Part shown: one piece after another, positions 12,491 to 23,559 of the stretch
Layout: each line of letters begins with the position of its first letter
Numbering within the stretch: position 1 is the first letter of the stretch
From: Octopus sinensis
Lineage: Eukaryota
NCBI RefSeq assembly: GCF_006345805.1
Contig: NC_043005.1
Span: forward strand, 12,958,001-13,022,000
Direction of reading: 5' to 3'
Length of the DNA stretch: 64,000 bases
Notes under the pieces: model-generated
Databases searched by the model: none
What the model was told of the DNA's origin: nothing
The model's input: only the letters and a program-made list of their open reading frames with translations
Made by a program: the position numbers and the translations under genes

Positions 12491-12675
12491 TTCTCTCTTT
12501 CTCTCTACACATTCCTATTGTGTCATTACAGGAATGCATAAAAAATATATTAAGATATATAAAAAGAATTAACGTTACGCTCTTGTCCGATTTTCATCGA
12601 AATATATTTTAAAAATTCATTTATTCGGCATATATTACCGAATAGCTGTTCCGTTGTTATGGTAACCGAGGTAAT

Positions 12676-12720
<45 letters not shown>

Positions 12721-12736
12721 TATATATATACATACA

Positions 12737-12767
<31 letters not shown>

Positions 12768-13710
12768 TTATATTTATATATATATATATATTATATATAT
12801 ACATATATATACATATATATATATATACATACACATAAATATATACATACACACACGTTCAAACAAGCACACGCACACACATATACACATACACACACGA
12901 ATATATGTGTGCAAGAGTGTACGTGTGTATGTGTAAATATTCACATACATTTAATCATTGATAATTTATATGTATACACCAGCATACACTCACAAACATT
13001 AATACCCTCATACATTTGTATGTGCGCGTATACATATATACATCGATATATATATTGTGTGTGTGTGTACAGATTTATAAATGCACACACACACTACACA
13101 CGTATGTATATATGTGTATATTATGTATGCGTGTAGGTATGTATGTATGCAGATATGTATGTATGTTTATATGTATGTATGTATGTATGCATGCATGTAT
13201 GTATGTATGAATGTATGTATGTATGTATGGTATGTATGTATGTATGTATGTATGTATGTATGTATGTAGTATGTATGTATGTATGTATGTGTATTGTATG
13301 TATGTAATGTATGTATGTATGTATGTATGTATGTATGTATGTACGTACGTATGTATGTATGTATGTATGTATGTATGTATGTATGTTTATATGTACGTAT
13401 GTACGTATGTATGTATGTATGTATGTTTATATGTATGTATGTAAGTATGTATATATGTATGTATGTATGTGTATGTATTTCTTTTGCTTCTTTCCTATTT
13501 ACTTTTCAAAGCTCATGTAGATATGGATGTCGGCAGACGCCATTTCGGGATTCGGTTTCACGATTAGCGTTTCATTTATTTAATTTTCTGTTCGAATCTA
13601 CTTCTTATATATTTCTGTGAATTAACATTCACTATGGAAATGTTATTGAATAAGTTACTTACAACGTCGTGAATGTGTTCGAGTGTTTGTGCGCGTGCGC
13701 GCGAGCGTTT

Positions 13711-13752
<42 letters not shown>

Positions 13753-13890
13753 CTGTGTCTGTGTGCGTTCACAAACTTTGCGAGTGATTATATGTGCATC
13801 GATGTTTGTGGAATTATTTCATATGTGTGTGTGTGTGTATGTATGCATATACATATTTAAATATATATGAATGTATACACACACACACAC

Positions 13891-13944
<54 letters not shown>

Positions 13945-14260
13945 AATACATGTGCATAAATATATACTCATACATACATGCATACATACTGACGCACAGA
14001 TACATTTATATGTGTGTGAGTGTATGTGTGTGTGAGTATATATATATATATATATATGTATGTATATATGTATGTATGTATGTGTATGTATGTATGTATA
14101 TATGTATGTATATATGTATGTATATATGTATGTATATATGTATGTATATATGTATGTATATATGTATGTATATATGTATGTATATATGTATGTATATATG
14201 TATGTATATATGTATGTATGTATATATGTATGTATATATGTATATTATATATATATAGGT
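12370..14260. repeat. Compound microsatellite block (TC, TCAC, TA, TACA, TATG, GT, TATATGTA)
   Basis: Direct reading. Confidence 0.95.
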
Positions 14261-14469
14261 AGGCGCAAGCATGGCTGCATGATAAGAAGTTGCTTCCCAA
14301 TCACATGGTCTTAGGTTTAGTCCTACTGCCTTGTGAGTTGATTTGGTAGACAGAAACTGAAAGAAGCCCGTCGTATATATGCATGTGTATATATATGTTT
14401 ATATGTATATGTGTGTGTGTGTGTGTGTGTGTGGTGTATCTTTGTGTATTTAGATCCCCATAACTTAGC
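14261..14469 (+). mobile_element. SINE B, partial, cut by the gap
   Basis: B head and gaaactgaaagaagcccgtcg body. Confidence 0.75.
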
Positions 14470-14569
14470 NNNNNNNNNNNNNNNNNNNNNNNNNNNNNNN
14501 NNNNNNNNNNNNNNNNNNNNNNNNNNNNNNNNNNNNNNNNNNNNNNNNNNNNNNNNNNNNNNNNNNNNN
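14470..14569. other. Assembly gap (100 N)
   Basis: Run of N. Confidence 1.
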
Positions 14570-14775
14570 TTGGAAATATCAAATATGCAATCAACCTGAG
14601 GGGAGTATAACTAATAAGATATGAAAACTGGAATTGTTGGTAGGGGTAGGAGTGACTTGAAGGAGATCGACAAGAAAAGAAGAAAACAGAACATAATGCG
14701 AAGAAAGATATCCCAATCATACGTGGAGCGGTTACACTGGGAAAGAGATGAAGGTGTAAGAGGATTAATGAGTGA
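14570..14775 (+). mobile_element. R4/Dong-type LINE fragment (post-RT thumb region)
   Basis: DLKEIDKKRRKQNIMRRK..YVERLHWERDEGVRGLM matches the LDRKTRK..VDRLYLPRKEGGRGL motif seen in the other copies here. Confidence 0.6.
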
Positions 14776-14870
14776 CGAAGAGGTAGTAGTACAGTTCCAT
14801 ACTTAAGAGATGAGGAATTATGTAGATTATTTACAATTGACGGATAGTTGTCCTCGTCTTGTTTGTTGTT

Positions 14871-14916
14871 AACACAACGTTTCGGATGATATACCCTCCA
14901 GCCTTCAACAGGTGTC
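14871..14916 (-). ncRNA. Minimal type-I hammerhead ribozyme, degenerate
   Basis: Reverse complement reads gacac-CUGUUGA-a-ggcug(gaggguauau)caucc-GAAA-cguu-guguu: 5-bp stem I, stem II with one mismatch, palindromic ACGU stem III, core A6->U. Confidence 0.7.
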
Positions 14917-15011
14917 TTGGGGAAATTTCGAACCTGGGTTCTCATTCCTAAGGTATTTTTCGATGTTGTTGTTGTTATTATTATTATTACTATTATTATT
15001 ATTATTATTAC

Positions 15012-15066
<55 letters not shown>

Positions 15067-15079
15067 CTTTTTTATTATT

Positions 15080-15590
15080 GAGTGAGAGAGCAGTGCATGC
15101 TATCAAAGTGACACTGGGGTAAAATATACGAAGCCCAGTATACCCATCATGACTACCCGTCTGATAAGGGCACACTAAGTACATGCATCACAACCATATG
15201 TGCGCGACATGGTGATCTCATATCAAAATAAACAGCACATGACCTTGAAGGTGGGGCCCAGTTAGAATTTTCTTCTGGTCGAGTAGCCCATTCCGCTCAA
15301 AAGATCCTTGAATAAGGGTTGTTTAAGGATGTTGAACGAAACATCCAAATTTCCAGAGATGAATTATTCAAACCTCAAAGAATTCTTTTCAACACATGGC
15401 TATGATGCTCCCCAACTACTTCTGCTCGTGATCAGAGATGCACATATCGTCAGCCATTAAGGGACATGCTCAACAGGTTAAGGTCAAACAACTGACAAGC
15501 ACATCTGTGATATTGAGCAGAATATTTGCTGTAGTCCATCTTTTATACCAAGACAAATCAATGTACATGATAACGCTTCCAATCAGTTAA
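15080..15590 (-). mobile_element. Element E (non-coding TAA-associated retroposon), 5'-truncated
   Basis: Reverse complement of 18102-18656 lacking ~45 nt at the 5' end; flanked by (ATT)n. Confidence 0.85.
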
Positions 15591-15594
15591 TCCA

Positions 15595-15677
<83 letters not shown>

Positions 15678-15678
15678 T

Positions 15679-15805
15679 ATGTTTGACTTTTGCTTTATAT
15701 TTGTACAAGTTGGCTCCAAGTCTCACCCAGAGACCTCAAGAGACAACAGGTTGGAAGTTCACGTTGTTGTTATGCCTAGTGTGCCATATAGTTGTTTTTT
15801 TTTGT
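15679..15805 (-). mobile_element. Short 3'-end fragment with (TAA)n tail, probably R4/Dong-type
   Basis: Reverse complement ends ...gaggtctctgggtgagacttggagcc...caaacatagaataataat, embedded in ATT arrays. Confidence 0.5.
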
Positions 15806-15876
15806 TTTTTGTTTTTTATTACTATTATTATTATTATTATTTTTATTATTATTATTATTATCATTATTATCATCAC

Positions 15877-15909
<33 letters not shown>

Positions 15910-15960
15910 CATCCTCATCATCATCATCATTATTATTATTATCATTATTATTATCATTAT

Positions 15961-16040
15961 TCAGGTCATTGCCTGGAATCGAAGTCGGAATATTTGGGTT
16001 AGTAGCCTGCGCTCTTAACCACTATGCCATATGCCCGTGG
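15961..16040 (-). ncRNA. tRNA-derived Pol III head (Ser-like loop CUACUAA); not a functional tRNA
   Basis: A-box tggcatagtgg, near-B-box gacttcgattcc, poorly paired acceptor stem. Confidence 0.7.
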
Positions 16041-16108
16041 TTCGAAATTTCCCGTAGACACCTGATGAAGGCGAAACGATGAGGACAAATATCCGTCAAA
16101 TGTAAATA
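16039..16108 (+). ncRNA. Inverted, internally deleted copy of the hammerhead segment
   Basis: ggttcgaaatttccc..gacac-CTGATGA-aggc-GAAAC-gatgaggacaaatatccgtcaaatgtaaataat, homologous to the reverse complement of 14825-14937. Confidence 0.75.
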
Positions 16109-16240
16109 ATGAGGAGGTAGTAGGACTAGAGAATACAAGACTAAGTTTCTATCTAACCCAGGAGTCGGCGAACCGGGTTAAATTACCTGAAGTGGAGTAA
16201 TATGAAATTCTTGGTGGGTAATGAGGAGTCATTAGACATA

Positions 16241-16660
16241 ACTCTTTATTCTTTTACTCTTTTATTTGTTTCAGTCATTTGACTGCGGCCATGCTGGAGC
16301 ACCGCCTTTAGTCGAGCAAATCGACCCCGGGACTTATTCTTTGTAAGCCTAGTACTTATTCTATCGGTCTCTTTTGCCGAACCGCTAAGTGACGGGGATG
16401 TAAACACACCAGCATCGGTTGTCAAGCAATGCTAGGAAGACAAACACAGACACACAAACACACACACATACATATATACATATATATACATATATACGAC
16501 TGGCTTCTTTCAGTTTCCGTCTACCAAATCCACTCACAAGGCATTGGTCGGCCCGGGGCTATAGCAGAAGACACTTGCCCAAGATGCCACGCAGTGGGAC
16601 TGAACCCAGAACCATGTGGTTGGTTAGCAAGCTACTTACCACACAGCCACTCCTGCGCCT
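16241..16660 (-). mobile_element. SINE B, full length
   Basis: Reverse complement of the B consensus. Confidence 0.92.
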
Positions 16661-16989
16661 ATAAAATTATATGTTAAAAACCCTGTTCCTTGTTACGACA
16701 GAATTTTTTCTTCTGGCAACACCGCATCTATCCAATGTAAAGAGATTCATATAAATAGATTCAATGATATTAGGTTCAATAAACCCTTTGAATTCAAAGA
16801 ATCTATGATTTTCTTGCTTTCAAATGAATGTGGGTAACGTCAGCGTAAATAAATATGTTGTGGTTATTGGTTGAAAGAGTTCCCTGAATCCTAATCTAGT
16901 TTCTATCTGGTAGAGAAGGAATAAAAGAAATAATATGTGAAGCATTAGTTACAAAATTTGTAGAACCCAAAAGAGGAAATAAGAAAATT

Positions 16990-17875
16990 TCCAAACAAAA
17001 GAACTCAAACATTTTCAGCTAATGTTTTTCAACATGACGAAAGTGATAAAAGATGACATGGGCAGCTGGATATTGTTAGAGGGAGAACTGAAAGAAGAAA
17101 ATACCAGGTAGTGATGAATTTAGCAGCACACGAACGGGCTTAGAGAGTGATAGCACACGGTCCTAGAGAATGATAGCTCAAGAAGAACTGTTCATTCGAA
17201 TGGAGACTGTAAGATGATTCAGATGAACCTAGATCACACACTGTATTGGAATGTTCACAGTTAGCTCACAATGAATACAAACGTCTAGGCATGATAAGAT
17301 AGCAATAATTTACTGGAATATATGCAAAATATTAAGTTTTGCATTCACAGAAAAGAGCTATGATTACTTTGTGGAAAGAGAATTAAAAGTCCTTGAAGTG
17401 AGATTTGTTAAGGGACTTTCTATACAAACCGAAAGACGAACGGAGCACAACAAAGCGGATATTGTAGTCGTTGATAGAGAAAAGAAACTGTTTTGTTATT
17501 GATGTGGCATAGCCATTTGATACCGGAATCAAGAATAAGGGAAGAAAATGTTGTGTATAATACCAACAGAAAGACCCAAAACCGCTAATGCTGGAACAAA
17601 GAAGTTAACAAGATCATGATCTTGTCAAATGTCACAATTGAGAATAATTTTGAGAACAAATCTTGGAAAACTAGACGTTAATCTGGGAGTGAGAGCAGTG
17701 CAGAAAACCTAATTACTCGGTTCAGCCAGTGTTATCCAGAAAATCCACGGCACTGAATATGAATAGATATGAAGAGAAGAAACAGAAAGGAAAGCTTATC
17801 ATCCTAGACTTCATGTTATGGGGATCAATAGAATGCATAACTAAACCGACTGTAACACCAATTACATTTAACTAA
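16990..17875 (+). mobile_element. Old R4/Dong-type LINE 3' fragment (RLE endonuclease)
   Basis: ECSQLAHNEYK..RHDKIA..YWNICK and EHNKADIVVVDREKK; followed by TGA/TAT/TAA arrays. Confidence 0.7.
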
Positions 17876-17902
17876 ATGATGATGATGATGATGCTGATGA
17901 TG

Positions 17903-17943
<41 letters not shown>

Positions 17944-17965
17944 GGTGATGATGATGATGATGATA

Positions 17966-18012
<47 letters not shown>

Positions 18013-18101
18013 AATAATAATAATATATCAATACAATAATAATAATATAATAAAATAATAATATAATAATATAATAATAAAACCAACAATAATAATAATA
18101 A

Positions 18102-18656
18102 ATGCCCTGATGCAGTACCGGGCAGTGGCTGTCATGGCTTCTGATCTTAGCTGATTGGAAGTGTTATCATGTACATTCTTTTGTCTGGTATAAAAGATGG
18201 ACTACAGCAAATATTCTGCTCAATACCACAGATTTGCTTGTCAGTTGTTTGACCTTAACCTGTTGAGCATGTCCCTTAGTGGCTAACGATATGTGCATCT
18301 CTGATCACGGGCAGGTGTAGTGGGGGAGCATCATAGCCATGTGTTGAGAGGGATTCTTTGGGGTTTTAATAATTCACCTTTGGAAACATGGGTGTTTCGT
18401 TCAACATCCTTAAACAACCCTTATTCAAGGACCTTTTGAGCGGGATGGGCTACTCGACCAGAAGAAAATTCTAACTGAGCCCCACCTGCAAGATCATGTG
18501 CTGTTTATCTTGATATGAGATCACCATGTCGCGCACATATGGTTGTGATGCATGTACTTAGTGTACCCTTATAAGACGGGTAGTCATGATGGGTATACTG
18601 AACTTCGTATATTTTATCCCAGTGTCACTTTGATGGCATGCACTGCTCTCTCACTC
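18102..18656 (+). mobile_element. Element E, longest copy (555 bp, non-coding)
   Basis: (TAA)n on both sides; homologous to 15080-15590 and 26684-26886; no convincing ORF or tRNA boxes. Confidence 0.85.
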
Positions 18657-18711
18657 AATAATAATGAGGAGGAGGAGGCGGAGGAGGATGATGACGACGA
18701 CGACAACAACA

Positions 18712-19198
18712 CAAGGTCAAAGCCTTCCCACTAGAAATTACCAAAAATATATGAAAAAATGCAAGTAACTGTAGAATACGTGGAGATGGAGAAGAACCAA
18801 TAAATCATATTGACTCTGGCTGCCTAGTCTTGGCTAAGAAGGAGTATATTCACAGACACAACCTATATACAATGGAAGCTGTGCCAACACTATGGAATAA
18901 CAACAGAAAAAACATGGTATGAGCACACGCCAGAAAAGGTCACAGGAAATGAAAAAGCAACCATACTCTGGGATATGCCAATACAGACAAATAGAGAAAT
19001 TAAGGCCAATACGCTGGATATGGTTGTCAGAGATAATCAAGAAAAAAATGCTTTCTAATTCATGTATCAATACCGGCAGATGACAACGTGTCTCTAAAAG
19101 AAATGAAGAAACTTACAAAATGCAAAGACCTGGAAATAGAGGCAACCAGAATGTGGAATCTAAAAACAGAAACAATTCCTATCATAGTAGGCGCATTA
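18712..19198 (+). mobile_element. R4/Dong-type LINE RLE fragment
   Basis: CRIRGDGEEPINHIDSGC..LAKKEYIHRH and KCKDLEIEATRMWNLKTETIPIIVGAL. Confidence 0.85.
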
Positions 19199-19210
19199 TG
19201 TATGATGATA

Positions 19211-19245
<35 letters not shown>

Positions 19246-19401
19246 AATGATGATGATGATGACGATGACGATGATGACGATGACGATGATGACGATGACG
19301 ATGATGATCATGATGATCATGATGATCATGATGATGACGACGATGACGATGACGATGACGATGATGACGATGATGACGATGATGACGATGATGACGATGA
19401 C

Positions 19402-19446
<45 letters not shown>

Positions 19447-19450
19447 AATG

Positions 19451-19497
<47 letters not shown>
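19199..19497. repeat. Compound (GAT)/(GAC)/(CAT)/(AAT) trinucleotide array
   Basis: Direct reading. Confidence 0.95.
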
Positions 19498-19499
<2 letters not shown>

Positions 19500-20915
19500 A
19501 GAAGTAAGAAACCGAGCACTGGACCAGGAAGAAGCATATGAATACCTTGGCATAGATGAAAATAACGGCATAAAACATTCAGCAATGAAAGAGAAGATTA
19601 GAAAAGAAGTACTGCAGGAGAGTACGGTTAGTAGCAAAGACTGAACTCAACGCTGCAAACAAAATAAAAGCCCTTAACACTCTTGCAGTACCAATCGTAG
19701 CTTACAGTTTCAACATAATCAACTGGCAAATGAGCAGACTCCAAGACCAGAAAACTACTAACCATGGCTCGAATGAACCACCCAAAAGCGGATGTGAACA
19801 GGATTTTTTTACCGAGAAGCATGGGAGGAAGAGGACGAACTCAATTAGAATTATCTTACAAAACCACCACTGTAGGATTAAATACATATCTTGAACTGTA
19901 AAAAGATCCTCTAATGAAGCTTGTGTACCAGCATGATAAAGTAAAGAAGCTATACTCGGTATACAAAGGATCTGTACAGTTTAAGAAACAACTGATGACG
20001 GAGGAACCTTTGATGAAGGCGAGTGAGAAAGTAACCCAGTTTGCTAAAAGAGTTAAGAAAGAAACGAAAAAACAAACCCAGAAGAAAAGCAAAGAAGAAT
20101 GGCTAGAAAAACCGATGCATGGCCGATACCCATGTAGAGTGAACAAATCAGACATAGAAAAATGAGAACTCATGTATGGATGAAGAGCTCAGGACTGAAG
20201 GCTGAAACTGAAGGTCTTATCATAGCAGCACAAGATCAAAGCTTGGCAACCAGGGCTTACCACAACAAAATAATGAATGATGGCACTGACCTGAAATGCA
20301 GAATGTGTCATGAGCAGGATGAAAGAGTGGACCACATCTTAACTGGATGCACAGCGCTTGCAAAAGCCAAATATATTCATAGACACGATAGAGTAGCGCA
20401 ATATATCCATTGGAAGATATGTGAACACAACCAGCTTACAACTTCAGAAAGATGGTACCAGCATAAACCTGAAACTGTGACCGGAAAAGATGATATAACA
20501 GTACTCTGAGACATACCAGTCAACACTGATAAAGAAATCAAGGCAAACAGGCCGGACATAATCATCAAAGATTAGAAATGTTTAATGATAAATGTGACAG
20601 TATTATCAGAGTGAAATGCGTCCATTAAAGAAGTTGAGAGTTTATTTAAGTATAAAGACCTAGAAATATGTGGGGAATGAAAAGCAGCACAGCACTAGTG
20701 ATGATTGGAGCATTAGGGCTAATTAAAAAGGGCCTTGATAAGCAGCTCAACAAACTCCCTTGCAGTCTTAACGTGGGAGAACTTCAGAGAATAGTGTTGC
20801 TAGGTTCCGCACACATTTGACGCCGTGAACTCTCCATGAGATGAGGACCTGCTCTGACCCTAGAGTCAAGTGGTAACCCCGGTTCAGCAGAAGACAACGG
20901 ACCATATTTTATTTT
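19498..20915 (+). mobile_element. R4/Dong-type LINE, 5'-truncated (RT C-terminus, CCHC finger, RLE, 3' UTR, TAA tail)
   Basis: AYEYLGI, LKAETEGLIIAAQDQSLAT, CRMCHEQDERVDHILTGC, RHDRVAQYIHW, KANRPDIII. Confidence 0.9.
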
Positions 20916-20967
20916 TAAATAATAATAATAATAACAACAACACAACAACAACAACAACAATAATAAT

Positions 20968-22454
20968 GTAGTCATGCCACATGAGCAGAAGGGTTGCAAG
21001 CGAAAGTGCAGAGGTACCAAGGATCAACTCCTGATAAGCAAAACTGTGCTTAGAGACTGCAAGAGGAGGAAAAGTAACTTAGTCATGTCATGGATCGACT
21101 ATCGTAAGGCGTACGATATGATCCCACATTCTTGGATTATGGAGTGTATGAACTTATTTGGTATTGCATCGAATGTTGAGCAATTGCTTGGAAAAAGTAC
21201 GGCGAATTGGAGGACGGACCTAACAGCATATGGAAGAAGCTTAGGAACGGTAGAAATTAAGAGGGGCATCTTCCAAAAGGACTGCTTGTCCCCACTGATC
21301 GTTGTACTGTGCTTGATACCACTAATATTGATTTTGAGGAAAGCAAAAGCTGGGTATGTATTAAAAAGCCGCCAACAAAAAGTCAACCACTTGTTATTCA
21401 TGGATGACCTCAAATATTATGATAAAGATGAAGTCCAAGTCAGTTCCCTCATTGGCACGGTGTTTACCTTCAGTGCTCATATCAGAATGGAGTTCGGACT
21501 GAGAAAGTGTGGTGTGTTAGTATTGAAGAGAGGCAAAATCAATTGTATGGACAGACTAACGATACCGTCGGGGGAAGTTATGAAGCATATAGAAAAGACG
21601 GGCTATTAGTACTTGGAGATTTTGGAAATGGATAAATTGATGGAGAAAGAAATGACAGAAAAATTTAAGGTGGGGTACTTGCGCAGACTGAGACTGATCC
21701 TTAAGTCGAAATTAAACGGACGGAATAAGATTAAAGCTATCAACACCTGGGCAGTTTCACTCCTTAGATATGAAGCAGGGGTAACCGCATGGACAGTAGA
21801 TGAACCTAACAGCTTAGACAGAAATACAAGAAAATTACTAACTAGATATGGGTCACTTCACCCAAAAAGTGACACAGACAGACTGTATGTACCAAGAAAA
21901 AGAGGACTTATTGGATGCAAACACAGCATTAGAGCAGAAGAAAACAACATAGCATGGGATGTATAAAATGCTACAGAACCGCTATAATTAAAAGTGCGAA
22001 GGTCAGGCTTGTGTAGGATGAAAGATTGCAAAGATAAAGCACTAATACAAGAAATTGAAAAGAATGAAAATGAAAATTGGTGGGTAAAGAAAAGAATGCA
22101 TGGTCAATTTCATAGGGATGTTGAAGATAAGACAGACAAAGAAAAAAGATAAGGAAGAAAAAATGTCGAGAGATATGACAGGTTAGCTTGGGAAGTTAGG
22201 CAGTTGTTGTCGATGGAAAAGGTAGCTGTAGTGCCAATAATTGTCGGAGCCCTGGGAACAGTGAGCAAAAATCTCGAGACACGCGTGGAACAAATAGCGG
22301 CTGCAATAAGAGTGGAGCACTTGCAGAAAACAGCACTGCTTGGAACTGCTCGAATACTCCGGAAGGTGCTCGAAAAATAAGAGGTGTTACCTTAGTTCAC
22401 TGGTAGTGAACAGCTGACACCGTAGTACTTCTCCGGCGTTAGAAGCTGTGCAAA

Positions 22455-22456
<2 letters not shown>
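20968..22456 (+). mobile_element. R4/Dong-type LINE of another subfamily (RT core, internal deletion, 3' end, TAA tail)
   Basis: [64 protein letters not shown]. Confidence 0.92.
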
Positions 22457-22521
<65 letters not shown>

Positions 22522-22562
22522 TAATAACGACGACAACAACAACAATAATAATAATAATAATG

Positions 22563-22613
<51 letters not shown>

Positions 22614-22630
22614 TAATAATAATGATAATT
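22457..22630. repeat. (TAA)n/(CAA)n tail array
   Basis: Direct reading. Confidence 0.95.
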
Positions 22631-23091
22631 CCAAGTGATCGTCAAGTGAGTTCTTAATAAAACAATCGGTTCGATAACATTCCTGCCGATACTATATACA
22701 TACGAATCAAATGATTTAAATACTGAAGCTAATTCAATGTATATTCAAAATATTTATGAAGAAATCGAAATTATATGTTATATTTCGACATAAATCAATA
22801 ATAAATCGATTCAGTAATAATAAGATACTACATTTAAATACATACAAAATTATAGGTTCTGCAGCCTTGGCCCCTGTATTGATTTTAAAAGCTAATTGAA
22901 GTATAAAAAAAAGACAAAAAAAAAAGAAAAAGCAGCATTCCAAAATGAAAGAAAATGTCTCTCAAATATTCATATTTTGAAATAAACCAGCACAATATTT
23001 AGAACCTATTGTCAATTTTTTCTGAAATGGGTTCCAAAAAATTCAGAATAAAATTGGTTAAAAACGTTCACTATATCGCTGTTATCAAAGA

Positions 23092-23300
23092 GGTGAGCTG
23101 GCAGAATCGTTAGAACGTCGGGCAAAATACTAACCGAAATTTTGCCCGTCCTTTAAGTTCTGAGTTCAAATTCCGCTGAAATCGAGTTTGCCTTTCGTCC
23201 TTTCAGGGTCCATAAAATATGTACCAGTTCAACACTGGCATTGATGTAATTTATTTACAACCTCTCCCGAAATTGCTGGCCTTGTGCCAAAATTTGAAAT
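23092..23300 (+). mobile_element. SINE A, diverged
   Basis: gagctggcagaatcgttag head and central domain. Confidence 0.7.
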
Positions 23301-23559
23301 CAATATAACACTGTGATCTATAGTCAAAAATATATACTACTGATAGTCTGAATAATGTTAATAATTCCGCTAATTTGAATATCAAATGTAAAATCGATCA
23401 TTTATGTTTTATATATTCCGAAGTATTTTTCGCTCGGCTTAGACCATTGGAGGAAAATCGAGACCTCGATTCCACAAAGTGCAGGCGAGCCGCATTACTA
23501 AAAGTTAAAAAGTGAATTCATCGTTGTTTTTCCATATTCGTGTCATTCGGAAGACCCCG

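Larger units (their letters stand above)
14790..16040 (-). mobile_element. Candidate composite retroposon: tRNA-like head + (AAT)n + hammerhead-bearing Penelope-like tail; spacer invaded by later elements
   Basis: Head at 15961-16040, hammerhead at 14871-14916, both on the minus strand. The intervening AAT array contains element E and a Dong 3' end. Single-element status is inferred. Confidence 0.6.

Noticed and set aside
12325-14314. Many ORFs of poly-YI/MYVC/HT type (also 33-36 kb, 39 kb, 45-48 kb, 53 kb, 57-61 kb, 63.6-64 kb)
   Set aside because: Translations of microsatellites.
19060-19644. Poly-Asp, poly-Met and poly-Ile ORFs
   Set aside because: Trinucleotide array fused to Dong fragments on either side.
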